DNA of 64,000 bases. It comes from Octopus sinensis (taxonomy: Eukaryota). The position numbers and the translations under genes were made by a program. Positions 1 to 12,992 of this stretch are shown piece by piece; the first letter of the stretch is position 1, and each line of letters opens with the position of its first letter. The notes under the pieces were generated by a model. It saw only the letters and a program-made list of their open reading frames with translations, was not told the origin of the DNA and did not search any database. The stretch lies in NCBI RefSeq assembly GCF_006345805.1, contig NC_043008.1, positions 14,136,001-14,200,000 on the forward strand. The letters are read 5' to 3'.

Positions 1-148
1 TAAAACGCTATACTATTGTAAAGTAGAAAATCTAAAAGAGACTACAAAAGATAGTTGGATAAGTGAATTGAAAGAAAGAAAAGTGGCTAGGTAGATGAAT
101 ATGTATAATACATGTGTGTGTGTTTGTGTGTTTATGTATGTATGCATG

Positions 149-180
<32 letters not shown>

Positions 181-260
181 CAGAGAGAGAGAGAGAGATA
201 CATACATACATACATACATATATATATATATATTTACATTCATATATATATCTATATATC

Positions 261-305
<45 letters not shown>

Positions 306-1462
306 GGCGAGAGAGTGAGAGAGAGCAGATAAGTAGGTAGGTACCTTGATTGATTCATTGATTCTTTGAGTGGTTGATTGATTGATGGAGCACAGACGAA
401 TGTAATTTTGGCATACATCAGACACACCCACCACTTGTGATTACAGGAATGAAAGAAGGACGTCAAATCGATGAAGGAGATGAGATCCATTATCCCCACG
501 GCCGCCATTACCACCAATTCCACTACCATACTCACCCTCACGATCATCATGTTTACATATTTACCCTGAGCATCAGTAAGGTTATAGTTGAGAGAGACTT
601 TTGCCATAGAATACTTTGATTGGCACCTACACTCAACATATTAGATACTTACGAAAATTTCATTTATTCCAATAATTCAGTATGATAATGAAGAAGATAC
701 GCTAAGTGGAATAAGAAACTAATAATTGGATGCTTAGTAATTTCTTAAAATCTATAGCCAGTTCAATCAAGTATACAGTCTCGATTGGTATTTTGACCAT
801 ACGTTAAAGTACCAATTTTTAATATTATTACTACTTAGGTTTATTTGTTCCCATTGCTTTGAAATTCACAAGAATTAGAAAATGTTCAAAGAATAATATA
901 CAAATAGCTTCACTGCTGCTTCGATAGTGAAGTTATCTTGCATAACATCAATTTGACTGGCAGCCAAAAAATTTATTGAGAATCAACCAACTGTTTGCAA
1001 AATGTTTGAACAGATAAGTTCTCTGTTACCTTTGAAAACGAATTAATTTTCAGTTTAAATATGAATCATTATTTAATTGAATTCGTTCGGTAGCTGAAGG
1101 TAAAAACTTCTAGAATAACACAACCTCTTGCCATCTTCAACATAAATGAAATAGAGTTATTATATTTGACTGTTTTGAAAATTATTCTTCATCAACTGAT
1201 ATTAATTCAACTACTTATTCTTGAGCTATAGCACAGAAATAATTAAATAAAACATTTTCGCTCAAATGTAAACGAAGTAAGACTATGACAATTATTATAG
1301 ATGTTTAATCAACTGAATTGCCTACTCATTAAATTAACGGGTAATTAGTTACGTATTCCATACCTACGTGTAATCTTAATTATTTTTCCCGAGGACACAT
1401 ATAGCGTTAAGGGCACACGCAAACATCAGAAGATTATAATGTACAAGAACTCCCACACTTAC

Positions 1463-1543
1463 GCCGTATAGGTGATTCGTGGTAATTCCACATCCATTAC
1501 AAACATTAGACCACGTGTTCATCATGCTTTTCACTGTCAACAA
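1463..1543 (-). CDS. Candidate 81-nt exon on the - strand (LLTVKSMMNTWSNVCNGCGITTNHLYG)
   Basis: Acceptor atatctttag|, donor GC|GTAAGT, single open frame; no partner exon could be chained confidently. Confidence 0.3.
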
Positions 1544-3325
1544 CTAAAGATATACAAGTTCGACGGCTTAAGACTATTCTTCGTAGTGGAAGTCATAAAA
1601 TACCTAAACATATCCAAAGTTGTCTGACACGCTCGCCGAAAATATTTTTGATATCTCTTTTAGTCTAATACTTAACACTCACTCAATTTGAATCCACAAA
1701 ATTATATTCTAATTTGGAGTTTCTCTTATAAAAACATATTCACCTAAAAACGTATTAACACATATAACAGATTCAACTCATTTTGTATGGGTAAAATAAA
1801 ATGTATTGGCAACTTAAGATCGAACTGTCTTTTGGCTCACTGTTATATATATATAACATCGGCTACTTAAAAACAGGTGGAATTTCGTAGCATGCTCTAT
1901 GCTTTTGCTAGTTCTTTTAGGAGCCTATTTGGTAGCGAATACATTTAGAGACCCTCCCGCTCATTCCAGTCTCGATCCAACGAGGCTTCGCGGACAGGAA
2001 AGCTACAACAGTCGATTCATGCAATAGTTTCAATGAATTGTTGTACGTAAAGATAAAACGTATTTCGAAATATCACAAACATATATGACCTAGCCAGAGA
2101 TAAATGCAGGAGACAGAACACATGGCTTGATGCACCATGTTCAAAGAATTATTTCAATGGGTAAAGAATCCTTCGTCTTATAAAATAGTAAATTAATCAT
2201 AGAGAAGCATAAACAAGTTTTCAAAACAAATTTACTTTAAATAATCTACTCTGCATTTAGAACGGTTGCTAACCCTTTCTCATCGTTAGTATTGAACTAT
2301 GGCCTTAACTTTTGAGAAATAGGTTTCTTCGATTACACAGACAACAGAAAGTGTCAAATATTATATTGATCCGGGAGGAATGAAAAGTTGATATCAGAAC
2401 TCAGAGTATGAAAGTCTAAAGCAATAACCGTAAGTCACTTTGGCTACTCACTAATGATTCTACCAACTCACTAGCCTTAACTATCGTCATTAATAATAAA
2501 AATAAAATACAAATGCCATATTCGAATTACAACTTTCTAAGATCTCTGGCATTCCAAAATAAAATTGCCATTCACAAAACTTATGTGCAAGTAAGAGATC
2601 TGTCACGAAATTCCAGAAATATACGTTGTCTAGACATGCACCTATTCTTACACAGAATGATAAATATTGAAATAGATGAGAAAATATCCGTTTAAGTTTA
2701 AATACGATCAACATAATTAAACTTATATAAGATTAAAAAGATGCAACTTTCTACTATTATTATTATTCAGATCTTTTCGTAAAACTTATTTAATTCATCA
2801 TGCGTGATTATATTAATGCTTAGAAAACCTATACAATATCTAGTTCATATTTCATTGAGAAATTCTTCATTCTAGCTCACATACCAAAACACTGAATAAG
2901 CATACCAATTTAAATTTCTTCAAACCTCTTGCAACAATAGACGTTCTTTACATTCTATAAAGGTATTATTATACTAAAAAAAAGAAAAAAACATAGACAT
3001 TTTTCTTTGTCATACTTGTTTCTAACTTCGTATGTATAACAACAGTTTTCGAGTCACCTGCAATTTAAATAACAATTCTGGCATTATTGTGATTAATTGC
3101 TTACAGAAGTACTTACAAGAAAGTTATTTTTACATCAGACGCGACTTAAAATTCTTAAATGCTAACACATGTAGTATTTTCACATTTATAAATATATTCC
3201 GAATATTATAATCTACACGTATACGGTGGTATATGTATGTATAATGCTATATCAGCATTTGTATACTCAAAACATAAAGAGAAACAAAGCCATATGTCTA
3301 TGTACGTGTATATGTTTACACACAT

Positions 3326-3398
<73 letters not shown>

Positions 3399-3494
3399 CG
3401 TGTAGAATACTATCGTTGATTTTAGATCTCCACGTAAATTTTCATTATACAGTCGGCATCCGGAATACTGCTCTGTTTACGAACTGTAGTTAGT

Positions 3495-3850
3495 AGAATG
3501 ATTGGTTATGATATACAGGTTATATTTGGGATAAATTTTGAATGAAACAAATGTACGTCGTTTTTGTTACAAACAAACACACACACATACCACACACATG
3601 CACACGCACGGCGAGCGCACGAAACCTTAATGTTTTCTACTAATTTTGTGGTTGTGAAATATCAACCGCTGCCACAGACACGCGCTCGAAATGGCGTCCC
3701 TGTTATCGAAATTAATACATCACCGGTGCTACAGCCATGTATTTAGAATGCTGCAGTAAAGAATCGTAAGACGGTTTCTTCAAGCGGAGCCAATCAGCAG
3801 ACTATGGTAAAAATCAATCCATACTCCCGATTGGTCACATTGGCTAATAT
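3495..3850. promoter_or_regulatory. Putative Pol II promoter, possibly bidirectional
   Basis: Locally CpG-rich unique sequence with four CCAAT/ATTGG boxes (3501, 3790, 3830, 3839) and a YY1-like AAATGGCG at 3689-3696. Confidence 0.5.
3737..3765 (+). CDS. Candidate first coding exon of an unidentified host gene (MYLECCSKE-S, ends phase 2)
   Basis: gccATG context followed by donor TC|GTAAGA; phase matches the exon at 7082. Confidence 0.35.
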
Positions 3851-3942
3851 AGTCGGAAATAAGTAATAATGGTCGCTTCTGAGAAGATACAATGAACTCT
3901 CCACCTACAACCTTTACAAGGATCGAAGAAATGGATAGATGT

Positions 3943-3978
<36 letters not shown>

Positions 3979-4014
3979 CACATCCAGAACTTTTTTTATT
4001 AAAACGTTTTGTTT

Positions 4015-5903
4015 TCTGCAGCATCCTTGAAAAGGATGGCACACTCACAGGAAAACCAATGAGGGTAAGTGAAATACTGAATGAGCAATTCAAGAGTGTT
4101 TTCACTCCACCCCTCGGGCATTTCCAAATCACCAATCCAACTGACTTCTTTACCACTTCAGATATAAAATCAGAGGCGGCGACGATAAATTACATCGATA
4201 TAAAGGAAGACGATGTAATAAAGGCCATAGATGAAATGAAAACAGACTCAGCTACTGGCCCCGATGGATTCCCGGCAATCCTCCTAAAAGTATGTAAGAG
4301 AGTCCTAGCAAGACCACTGCAGATCCTCTTTCAGAGCTTCCTTGCAGCTGGCAAACTTCCAAAAAAACTGAAGGAAGGTAAAATATGCCCTATTCATAAA
4401 GGAGGTAGCAGAGCAGAGGCCAAGAACTACAGACCTATCTCTCTCACCTCACACATGAGCAAGGTCATGGAACGAATAGTCAGAAGGAAACTAATCACCT
4501 TCCTTGAAGAAAATGACTTGCTGCCCGACACCCAACATGGTTTCCGACCAGGAAGAAGCTGCTTAACTCAGGTCCTACAACACTATGACTGGGTGCTGAA
4601 ACAACTGCTCAACCACTCAAATGTGGAAGTCATATATCTCGACTTTGCAAAGGCCTTTGATAAAGTCGATCATGGAATGATATGTCACAAACTGCGTGAT
4701 CTTGGCATAGTTGGAAAATTGGGAGAATGGCTTCATGACTTTCTGAAGAATAGAAGTCAGGTGGTAGCAGCCAATGGGGCCACTTCGATTAACACGCAAA
4801 TAGTGAGCGGTGTTCCGCAGGGCACTGTTTTAGGACCACTACTGTTCATAATGGCCCTCTCAGACATGCCCTCAGCCACGCAGAGAGCCACGATCACAAG
4901 CTATGCAGATGATACAAAAGTTTCACAGGCAATACAGAACCCTGAAGACACTAAGCACCTGCAATGTGAGCTGGACGAAATATACAAGTGGGCTGAAAAG
5001 AATAGCATGCAGTTCAATGCTGAAAAGTTTCAAGCTTTATACTATCAGCATGCAAACCTGAATGCAATACCCAATGAATACACTGGACCCGGAGGGATTG
5101 CAATCCCAGAGGCACAATCAGTGCGTGACCTGGGTATTCACATGAGTGATGACGCGACCTTTCATGTACATGTTGCTAAACTGGGATTGAAATGTAGACG
5201 GCTGGCTGGGTGGATTCTTAGAACCTTTAGAACAAGAGAACAAGAAACCATGATGGTCCTCTGGAAGACACTTGTCCTAAGCCACTTTGACTATTGCTCT
5301 CAGCTATGGTCACCATCCAGTGTCAAGTTGATCACAGAACTTGAGGCGATCCAACGAAGCTACACGAAGAAGATAGCCTCTGTGCAGCATATGAGCTACT
5401 GGGAAAGACTCAAGAGATTAAAGCTATATTCCCTGGAGCGTAGGCGAGAAAGATATGCCATAATATATATCTGGAAGATCCTGGAAGGACTTGTCCCAGA
5501 CTTTGGCATCGAGAGTCACACAAATGCCAGAACCGGACGCCACTGCGTAATACCAAGGACTCCAAATTTGCCATCAAGATGTAGGACAAGATATTGTGAT
5601 AGCCTGGGCTTCAGAGGCCCACAGATCTTCAATATCCTCCCGAAGAACCTGAGGGACCTGCATGGTGTAGATGCAGATGTCTTTAAAGCAGGACTGGATC
5701 TCTTCCTGTCAGGTGTCCCGGATGAACCAACTTCACGGCAGGAGGTGCAGATGAGAGCAGCTGCCTCGAACTCTCTCATGCATCAGATGGCGTTTGCTAA
5801 AAAGCATCCGTGAGGTAAAATCGTGTAGTAAACCAAATGGCGGTGCCCCAGCATGGCCACAGCTCATTAGCTGAAACTGAAAAAATCAAATCAAATCAAA
5901 TCA
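4015..5903 (+). mobile_element. 5'-truncated LINE (CR1/L2 group) with open RT frame and 3' tail
   Basis: ORF 3939-5813 has RT motifs YRPISLTS, QHGFR, YLDFAKAFDKV, SGVPQGTVLGPLLF, YADD. The nominal N-terminus is (TA)n read-through. A 3' stem-loop and (AAATC)n tail follow. Confidence 0.93.
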
Positions 5904-6322
5904 TATTGACGTACTTGTTTCGACAAAACTGCTACAAACAATTGAAACCCGAATAAATATTTTAAAACCTTGCTTCAACTGTAATACCAGTAGAAGGGAT
6001 TATAAAACTAGAATTCCGTTGGATTAAGAAAGCGACGCTATCACCTTTAAATGAATACCGACGCAGGACGCTTCTTAGAATTACTAACCTCGTGAGTAAT
6101 GAACATTCGATGAAATTGCAGTGACTAAAATGCATAATTGTATACAGAGCAATGTTCAGTCGCTGCAGACAAAACATGTAGGTCAGAGTTATATATGCTG
6201 TAGAAATTCTTTTAAATAAAAGTGCTCTTCGTTATCAATTATATGATCTACAGGAAGTTTGTAGTCCTGAACAGGAACACGGAAATACCCAACGAGTGAA
6301 GCTTAACATATATATATATATA

Positions 6323-6574
6323 CAAAATTTAGAGGAATGACCTCTAAAGTGGACACCCTAGATGCTAAACATAGACGTCAGATCGTCATTACCACGAAGA
6401 ATGTGTTCTCAAGAAAAGAAATCTCAGCAAGTCTCCAAAAATGTAAAAATTTTTACATTTTGGCGTTTTGCTAAGATATTTTTCTTGAGAACACATTCTT
6501 CGTGGTAATGACGAGTTGACGTCTATGTTTAGCATATAGGGTGTCCACTTTAGTGGTCATTCCTCTAAATTTTG
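6323..6574. repeat. Spacerless about 125-bp-arm inverted repeat (fold-back), MITE or Penelope-derived
   Basis: caaaatttagaggaatgacc... mirrors ...ggtcattcctctaaattttg with centre aaaaa|ttttt; a related single arm lies at about 37306-37410. Confidence 0.85.
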
Positions 6575-7081
6575 CATGTATCACAATTTTCAATCTTCGG
6601 ATTTTTTTTTAAATATGCCAAGCCGCTCGTTTTAATTGATTAACCTACCGTTATTATTTAATTTTACATATATATATATATATATATATATACAGAGAGG
6701 GGTAGAGAGACAGACAGACAGATAGACAGACAGAGAGAAAGTGATAGATAGACAGATAAAAACTGCAGACGATAAAATTGTCAAATTCGTAGCAGCAAAA
6801 GCGCGTTTGTCTTTCTGCTAGCCGACAGTTGTTAATTTAGCAAACAACTGCTCCTACCACTCCTAAATTCCTAAGTATCCATCAGTGTTTTATAATATCT
6901 AAGATCCATTTCCCGAAATCCATCTACGTTGAATAAAAGAAAATATGCGATGTTAACAACATCTAGTTTTGTACTTTATAATTGTGTAAGCTTTCGCACA
7001 ATGACTACATTTATATACACACACTCACAAAAATGTATATAAGGGTGTATACATTTATATTTAACTGTCAACCTCTATCAG

Positions 7082-7177
7082 TTTGTATCTGCACGTCTGC
7101 ACCGATTGCATTGATATTAATGTGCGCAGCGGGCGTAGGTTTGTGCGTGGTACACTTATCCTCATGAATCATTGCAA
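7082..7177 (+). CDS. Candidate internal exon, phase 2-2 (LYLHVCTDCIDINVRSGRRFVRGTLILMNHC)
   Basis: Acceptor ctctatcag|, donor AA|GTGAGT, 96 nt, and only one of three frames is open. Confidence 0.5.
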
Positions 7178-7320
7178 GTGAGTATAACGCTATTTTGTAG
7201 TTCTGAGAGTTTTAAATAGAAATAAAACTATTTTCTTCAGAAGTTTGTGTATTTTTGCTTTATTTCATGTTTTGTGCATATAAAATTCACTATAGATGTA
7301 ATGTAATTATAACCTGTTTG

Positions 7321-7368
<48 letters not shown>

Positions 7369-7499
7369 ATATTTTTATTATCACACACTTGCCCATAGGA
7401 TATATTATTTTTCTGCTCCTTTTTCCATGAAAATATTCTTATATATATATATATACGTGTTTGTGAGTATGCAAATATACACATAAGTTTGATTATGTA

Positions 7500-7523
7500 C
7501 ATATATAGATAGACAGATAGATG

Positions 7524-7598
<75 letters not shown>

Positions 7599-7711
7599 CG
7601 GTAGGTAGGTAGGTAGGTAGGTAGGTAGTAGGTAGGTAGGTAGGTAAGTAGGTAGGTAGGGAGATAGATAGATAGATAGATACATACATACATACATACG
7701 TACATACATAC

Positions 7712-7754
<43 letters not shown>

Positions 7755-7787
7755 TACAGACAGACAGACAGATGGATAGATAGATAA

Positions 7788-7865
<78 letters not shown>

Positions 7866-7866
7866 G
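7500..7866. repeat. Compound (GATA)n/(GGTA)n/(TACA)n microsatellite
   Basis: Directly visible. Confidence 0.95.
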
Positions 7867-8099
7867 AATAGATGATCAGAAAGAGTGTGTGTGAGTGAGT
7901 GTTTGCGTGGTAGAAAGGGAAAGATTTGATCTAAGAGAATTTGGATTGCTTTCATCACAGTAAATTCAATTTCGTCAACGTAACAATGTATTCTTGTAAT
8001 TGGTAACCAAATACATTCGCTCAGAAATATAGGTTGAAATATAATTATATGTATTATATATAATTATATATAGCGCCTATAGACCTATATTTATATATC

Positions 8100-8137
<38 letters not shown>

Positions 8138-8534
8138 CTTTATTGTTATATATATTTGGGTTTAAAATGAAAGACTTTTTTTGTGTGCGTAAATATGTGT
8201 GCATTTATATGTATCTATTTGTGTATGTGTTGTTTCTATGTGGATCTATATGAGTGTGAGAGGAAGGTAAGGAGATTGATATGCTTATGTTTATAAATAA
8301 CTTTATAAAGATACATTGTGTATACAAATGTAAAAACTAATATAAAAAAAACGTATGTAATCATTTGTGTATATAGATTTATTTATGGGACCATGTAGGA
8401 GTGTATATATGTGTTCGCGTACGCTTATTAGTAGAGTGTGGCTTGCAGGCTTCTTTCTGCTGTCATAAGTGTGCATGACAATATATTAGATAGACAGGTA
8501 GATAAACAGATAGGCACATACATACATGCATAAA

Positions 8535-8565
<31 letters not shown>

Positions 8566-8649
8566 ATACATACATACATACATACATACATAAATAACCA
8601 TATAAGTATATATGGTTACATGCACATGTATATAACCATACATGTGCAT

Positions 8650-8690
<41 letters not shown>

Positions 8691-10054
8691 TATATATTCA
8701 CACACACACATATATATATATACACATATACATATACATATACATATACTAATATGCGTGTGCGTATAAAACGCACTAAAACACATCTCTACATACAGTT
8801 ATTAAGACTACGACAAAAACACGCCCGCTCAGACACACATACATAAATACATACACATATTCATACATTTGATAATATTAACCGCATTTTTTGTAAAGTG
8901 AATGTGCCTTCCACCCAGTTCTATATCATAGTAGATATAGGATTCAAGTTAGAAATTCACTTTGATGAAAATGCAATTTCACCTCAATATATTTACTTCA
9001 TAATTTTGATGTATTTGCTGAAATCCTTGTTGCAGAAAGGATATATTTTTTTATTATTATATCGTATTTGAAATTACTAGATTTTAGAGAAATAACCGGG
9101 TAAGAATTGGAAAAAAGCACTAAGGCGAGTACAAAATTTGACTTGTATTTGAATATTAAGCTAACTTCCATATTTCGTCGATAAATAGTTATATAGATAT
9201 TTTTGGCGCAGGTGGTGGAGGCATTTGCTAAAATATAGATTTATAATAAAATAAAATAGCAAAAGAAGGTTCTATGTATTGTAATAGTCGCATATATTCC
9301 AAATGTACTGTAAGTAAAAGTGCAAATGAAGTACTCTCGTCTTCCACTTAAGAGGAACCCGAAGCACAGGTTTTGTGTGATACGGTCTTTGGACCACATG
9401 CTAAAAGTCTATCTTTTTTCTCAGTAGGGACATGCAAGGCATGGAGTGATTTTATGCGGTAACCAATGCTTAGCACAGCGATTATTGGTTGTCTCACGCA
9501 ACCAAAGAAATGTAGCAATGACTCTCAATGAGAAAATTTGAAACAATCAGGATTCTTGGAAATAATATACTCAGCTTCTTCCTTTTCCTACATGTTCTAG
9601 TTACAGACCTTCATTACCACAGTTCTTACACATGTTTTATACTCCTGACAGAGCAATATTAAGCATACGGCTAGAACGGATTGGATAGCGGTTGCCTATG
9701 CACTCAGACATGGAGGAGTCTGTAATGAAACTACGAAAGTGAGAAGTTTGTGATATATAAGTAAAGAAATATTTTGGGAGAATTCTGAGAATGCAAAATG
9801 AAATAGAGGTAATGCACGGTAAGAAGGTCAGCGATTACATTTAAAGCGATCTCTAGTCTGTACAGAGTCCTTGGACAGCAATATTGTTTTTTCTATCAAG
9901 TACATAGCAGAGCGTAGGGAATTCTTCCTAAACGCAAGTTTTAAATATGTATTTAGAATTAGCAAAGAATTGGCACTCAATTTTATTTCTTTTTCCTTTT
10001 CTTGCGCATTGTTTCAATTCGCTTTGCATAATGGAATATTTTTCACTGCTATAG

Positions 10055-10078
10055 GGAAGTACAATTTTACTTATGGCA
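10055..10078 (+). CDS. Candidate 24-nt micro-exon, phase 2-2 (K-EVQFYLW)
   Basis: Long pyrimidine tract ending tttttcactgctatag|, donor CA|GTAAGT; continues the frame of the 7082 exon. Confidence 0.4.
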
Positions 10079-10497
10079 GTAAGTGCGTATTTTCGCAAAT
10101 CCATTATTGACTTTTCCTAGTTTGACCAATCCTGGAATTAATCTTGGTCTTTAAACATTTCTTATTCTTATATTTGATATTCACGCCAATTTCCCATACA
10201 GTATTGATTATTTGTGCCGTATATAATCAACCTCCATAGTTTAGAAATATTTCGTAAATTCTTTTTCAGGTGACATTATGACACACAGGTTATTTGTCTA
10301 GTACTGAGATGTATAGAATGAGAAAAAGAAAGGGAAAGAGTGAAATCTAATTTAAGTTTTGAAAGAGTGAAATTAAATTTAACTTTTGAAATTTGAAGTT
10401 AGATTCACTTTAACATTTAAATTTAATTTGCCAAAATATTTTCGTCGCTTTGAGACCACTGAAAAATATGTGTGTGTGTGTGTGTGTGTGTGTAGTT

Positions 10498-10618
10498 GAA
10501 ATTTATAGGAAGTCACAATACGAAGATAGGTGTATGAACAACAAGCAAATGCATTTTTTTGACGTTCAGGTATGTGAAACAGACTTAAACGTTTCGAGTC
10601 TACGCTCTTCAACACACA
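10498..10618 (-). mobile_element. Decayed Penelope-type terminal repeat with hammerhead relic
   Basis: Minus strand GTGTTGA-A-GAGC-GTAG-ACTC-GAAACGTT; same layout as 60806-60840. Confidence 0.45.
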
Positions 10619-11905
10619 AACACATACACATATGCATACAAATATATACATATATATATATATATATAAGAGTTTAAGCGATTATTCCTCACTGGGGTTT
10701 GTGACAGGGCATATGGAAGTATTTATACCTTGTATTGAAGGACGGCGATAAGGAAGATTTAAGTCTGAATGTGAAATATCTTTCCACAGATGGCAAAAGA
10801 AATGATATTTCAAAATAAGAGGTGTTATACAATTTTTATTACATATGTATTTCTTTAGATACCGTAGCATTGGTTCATATATGTTGTGTGTGCATGTGTG
10901 TGAATGTGCGTATGCGTGTGTGTGTGTCTGTGTGTGTGTTGTGTGTGAGAGAGTGCGTGTGTACACTGATATCTGAGATTTCATCCATCAGTATAATTTT
11001 CCTAGTTGGTCTACTTGAAACGCAATTGCGTAGAAGATATTGTGAAAGATCTCTGTTCCAAAGTTAAAACAAGACAAATACATGTGTGCGTGTATGTGTG
11101 GATGTGCACGCGCGTGTGTGTGCGTGCGTGTGTGTGTGTGTGCGTATGGTGTGCTTGTGTCTGGGTGCATGTGTTAATGAAAAGACCATAGCGTAAACAA
11201 AACAAGTTGTTTTCTTCCTGTTGAATACTCCCAACAGGTTCCATGTTATGACCTGAGACTGAAAAATCGATAAACAACTTCGTTGCTGTAACTTGATGTT
11301 AGTTATGAAAACTGCTATATATATATGCACATATATATACATATATATATATATATGCATCCATACACACATATACATACATTCATACATACATAAGAAC
11401 GCAAAAGCATGTTACGTTTGAAAAGTTTGTTGCAAACTATCAGCTAGAAAAACAGCAGTAACAACAAACACATCGGAATCAGTCGACGTTTGCACGCAAG
11501 AATAAAAGCTAAAAGCTATAATAAAAAAATTAAAAATATTTTTAACGAAAAAAAAAAGTTCAAATGGAACTCATAAACTAGCAGATACTATTTGAATAAT
11601 GCAGTTTTAGTCCTTATATTTTTAAAAGCTCTCTGTGGTAATTTATGACTTATATATGGAAGAACAACATGCAGTTTAGAAAAAAAATCTACGGTTTAAT
11701 GTAAGTAAAAATATGGGAGTATATATTTTTTAACAATAGACTCTAGAACTGCAAACGGAGGCAGGAATCGGATCCATATAAAATTCTGGTGAATGTCTAC
11801 AATGTTAGAGAAAACATAGTGTATATATATATTCTTATACGATGTGTCTGTTGTATATAACAGCGTTAATAGTACATTTTATACTGATATATATCCTTTA
11901 TCTCA

Positions 11906-12355
11906 AGGCGGCGAGCTGGCAGAAACTTTAGTTCGCCGGGAGAAATGGTTAGCGGAATTTCGTCTGCCGTTAAGTTCTGGGTTCAAGTTCCGCCGAGGTC
12001 GACTTTACTTTTCGTCCTTTCGAGGTAGATAAATTAAGTACCAGTTACGCACTGGTGTCGATGTAATAGACTTAATCCCTTTGTCTGTCCTTGTCTGTCC
12101 CCTCTATGTTTAGCCCCTTGTGGGCAATAAAGAAATAAGAAACGTTAGCGCGCCGGGCGAAATGCTTAACGGTATTTCATCTGTCGTTACGTTCTGAGTT
12201 CAAATTCCGCCGAGGTCAAATTTGCCTGTCATCCTTCCGGGGTCGATAAATAAAGTACCAGTTTCGCACTGGGTCTATGTAATCTACTTAATCCCTTTGT
12301 CTGTCCTTGTTTGTCCCCTCTGTGTTTAGCCCCTTGTGGGTAGTAAAGAAATATA
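11906..12355 (+). mobile_element. tRNA-derived SINE family B, head-to-tail dimer
   Basis: ggcggcgagctggcagaaac head, GTTCAAATTC B box, tail ccttgtgggtagtaaagaaata, present twice. Confidence 0.9.
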
Positions 12356-12616
12356 TATAACTTTTGCAGAAGATACAAGCAAATAAGGGCTAGTGCTCTT
12401 TTGGGTTATCCCCTCTAACACTTCTCTCTCTCTCTCTCTGTTTTTCTCCCACCCTCTCTCTATCCCTCAGTTTAATCTTTCTCTCCTTCTTCCTCTCTTT
12501 TTCCAGCTGTTTCTCTCCTTCTCTCTCTCTCCCTTTCTCCGCCTCTATCGCTCTCTCTGCATTCCTCCCTTTGTTTTCTTTTGTACATACTCTATTATGT
12601 TAACAAAACAGATATA

Positions 12617-12992
12617 GGCGCAGGAGTGGCTGTATGGTAAGATGTTTGCTTCCCAATCGCAGGGTTTCGGGTTCAGTCCAGTTCACTGCGTGGCACTTTG
12701 GGCAAGTGTCTTCTACTATATCTTCGAGACGAACAAAGCTGTGTGAGAGGATTTCGTAAACGGAAACTATAAGAAGCCTGCCGTATATATATTTATGTAT
12801 ATGTGTATATCTATGTGCATGTGTCCCTCCCACACCACCCTTTGACACCCAGTGTTGGTGTGTTTATACCAAATAAATACATCAACAGAATAAATACCAA
12901 AGTCGGGGCGGTAAATTTATTTGATTAAAATTCTTCAAGGTGATGCCCCAGCATGGCCACAGTCCTATGACTGAGACAAATAAAAGAATAAA
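12617..12992 (+). mobile_element. tRNA-derived SINE family A (diverged, full length)
   Basis: ggcgcaggagtggctg head, ccttgggcaagtgtcttctactata-type body, gccccagcatggccacagtc...gactg tail. Confidence 0.85.

Noticed and set aside
13-619. Many 60-170 aa ORFs rich in YI, CV, LSIY or poly-I/N/L here and throughout the ORF track
   Set aside because: Translations of (TA)n, (TG)n, (GATA)n and (AAT)n microsatellites; no coding signal.
3939-4014. N-terminus of the 624-aa ORF
   Set aside because: Start lies in (TA)n and flanking DNA; the LINE is 5'-truncated and lacks its endonuclease, so this is not a complete gene.
11017-11036. GAAAC-GCAATT-GCGTA palindrome resembling hammerhead helix III
   Set aside because: No CUGANGA core or stem I at a suitable position.
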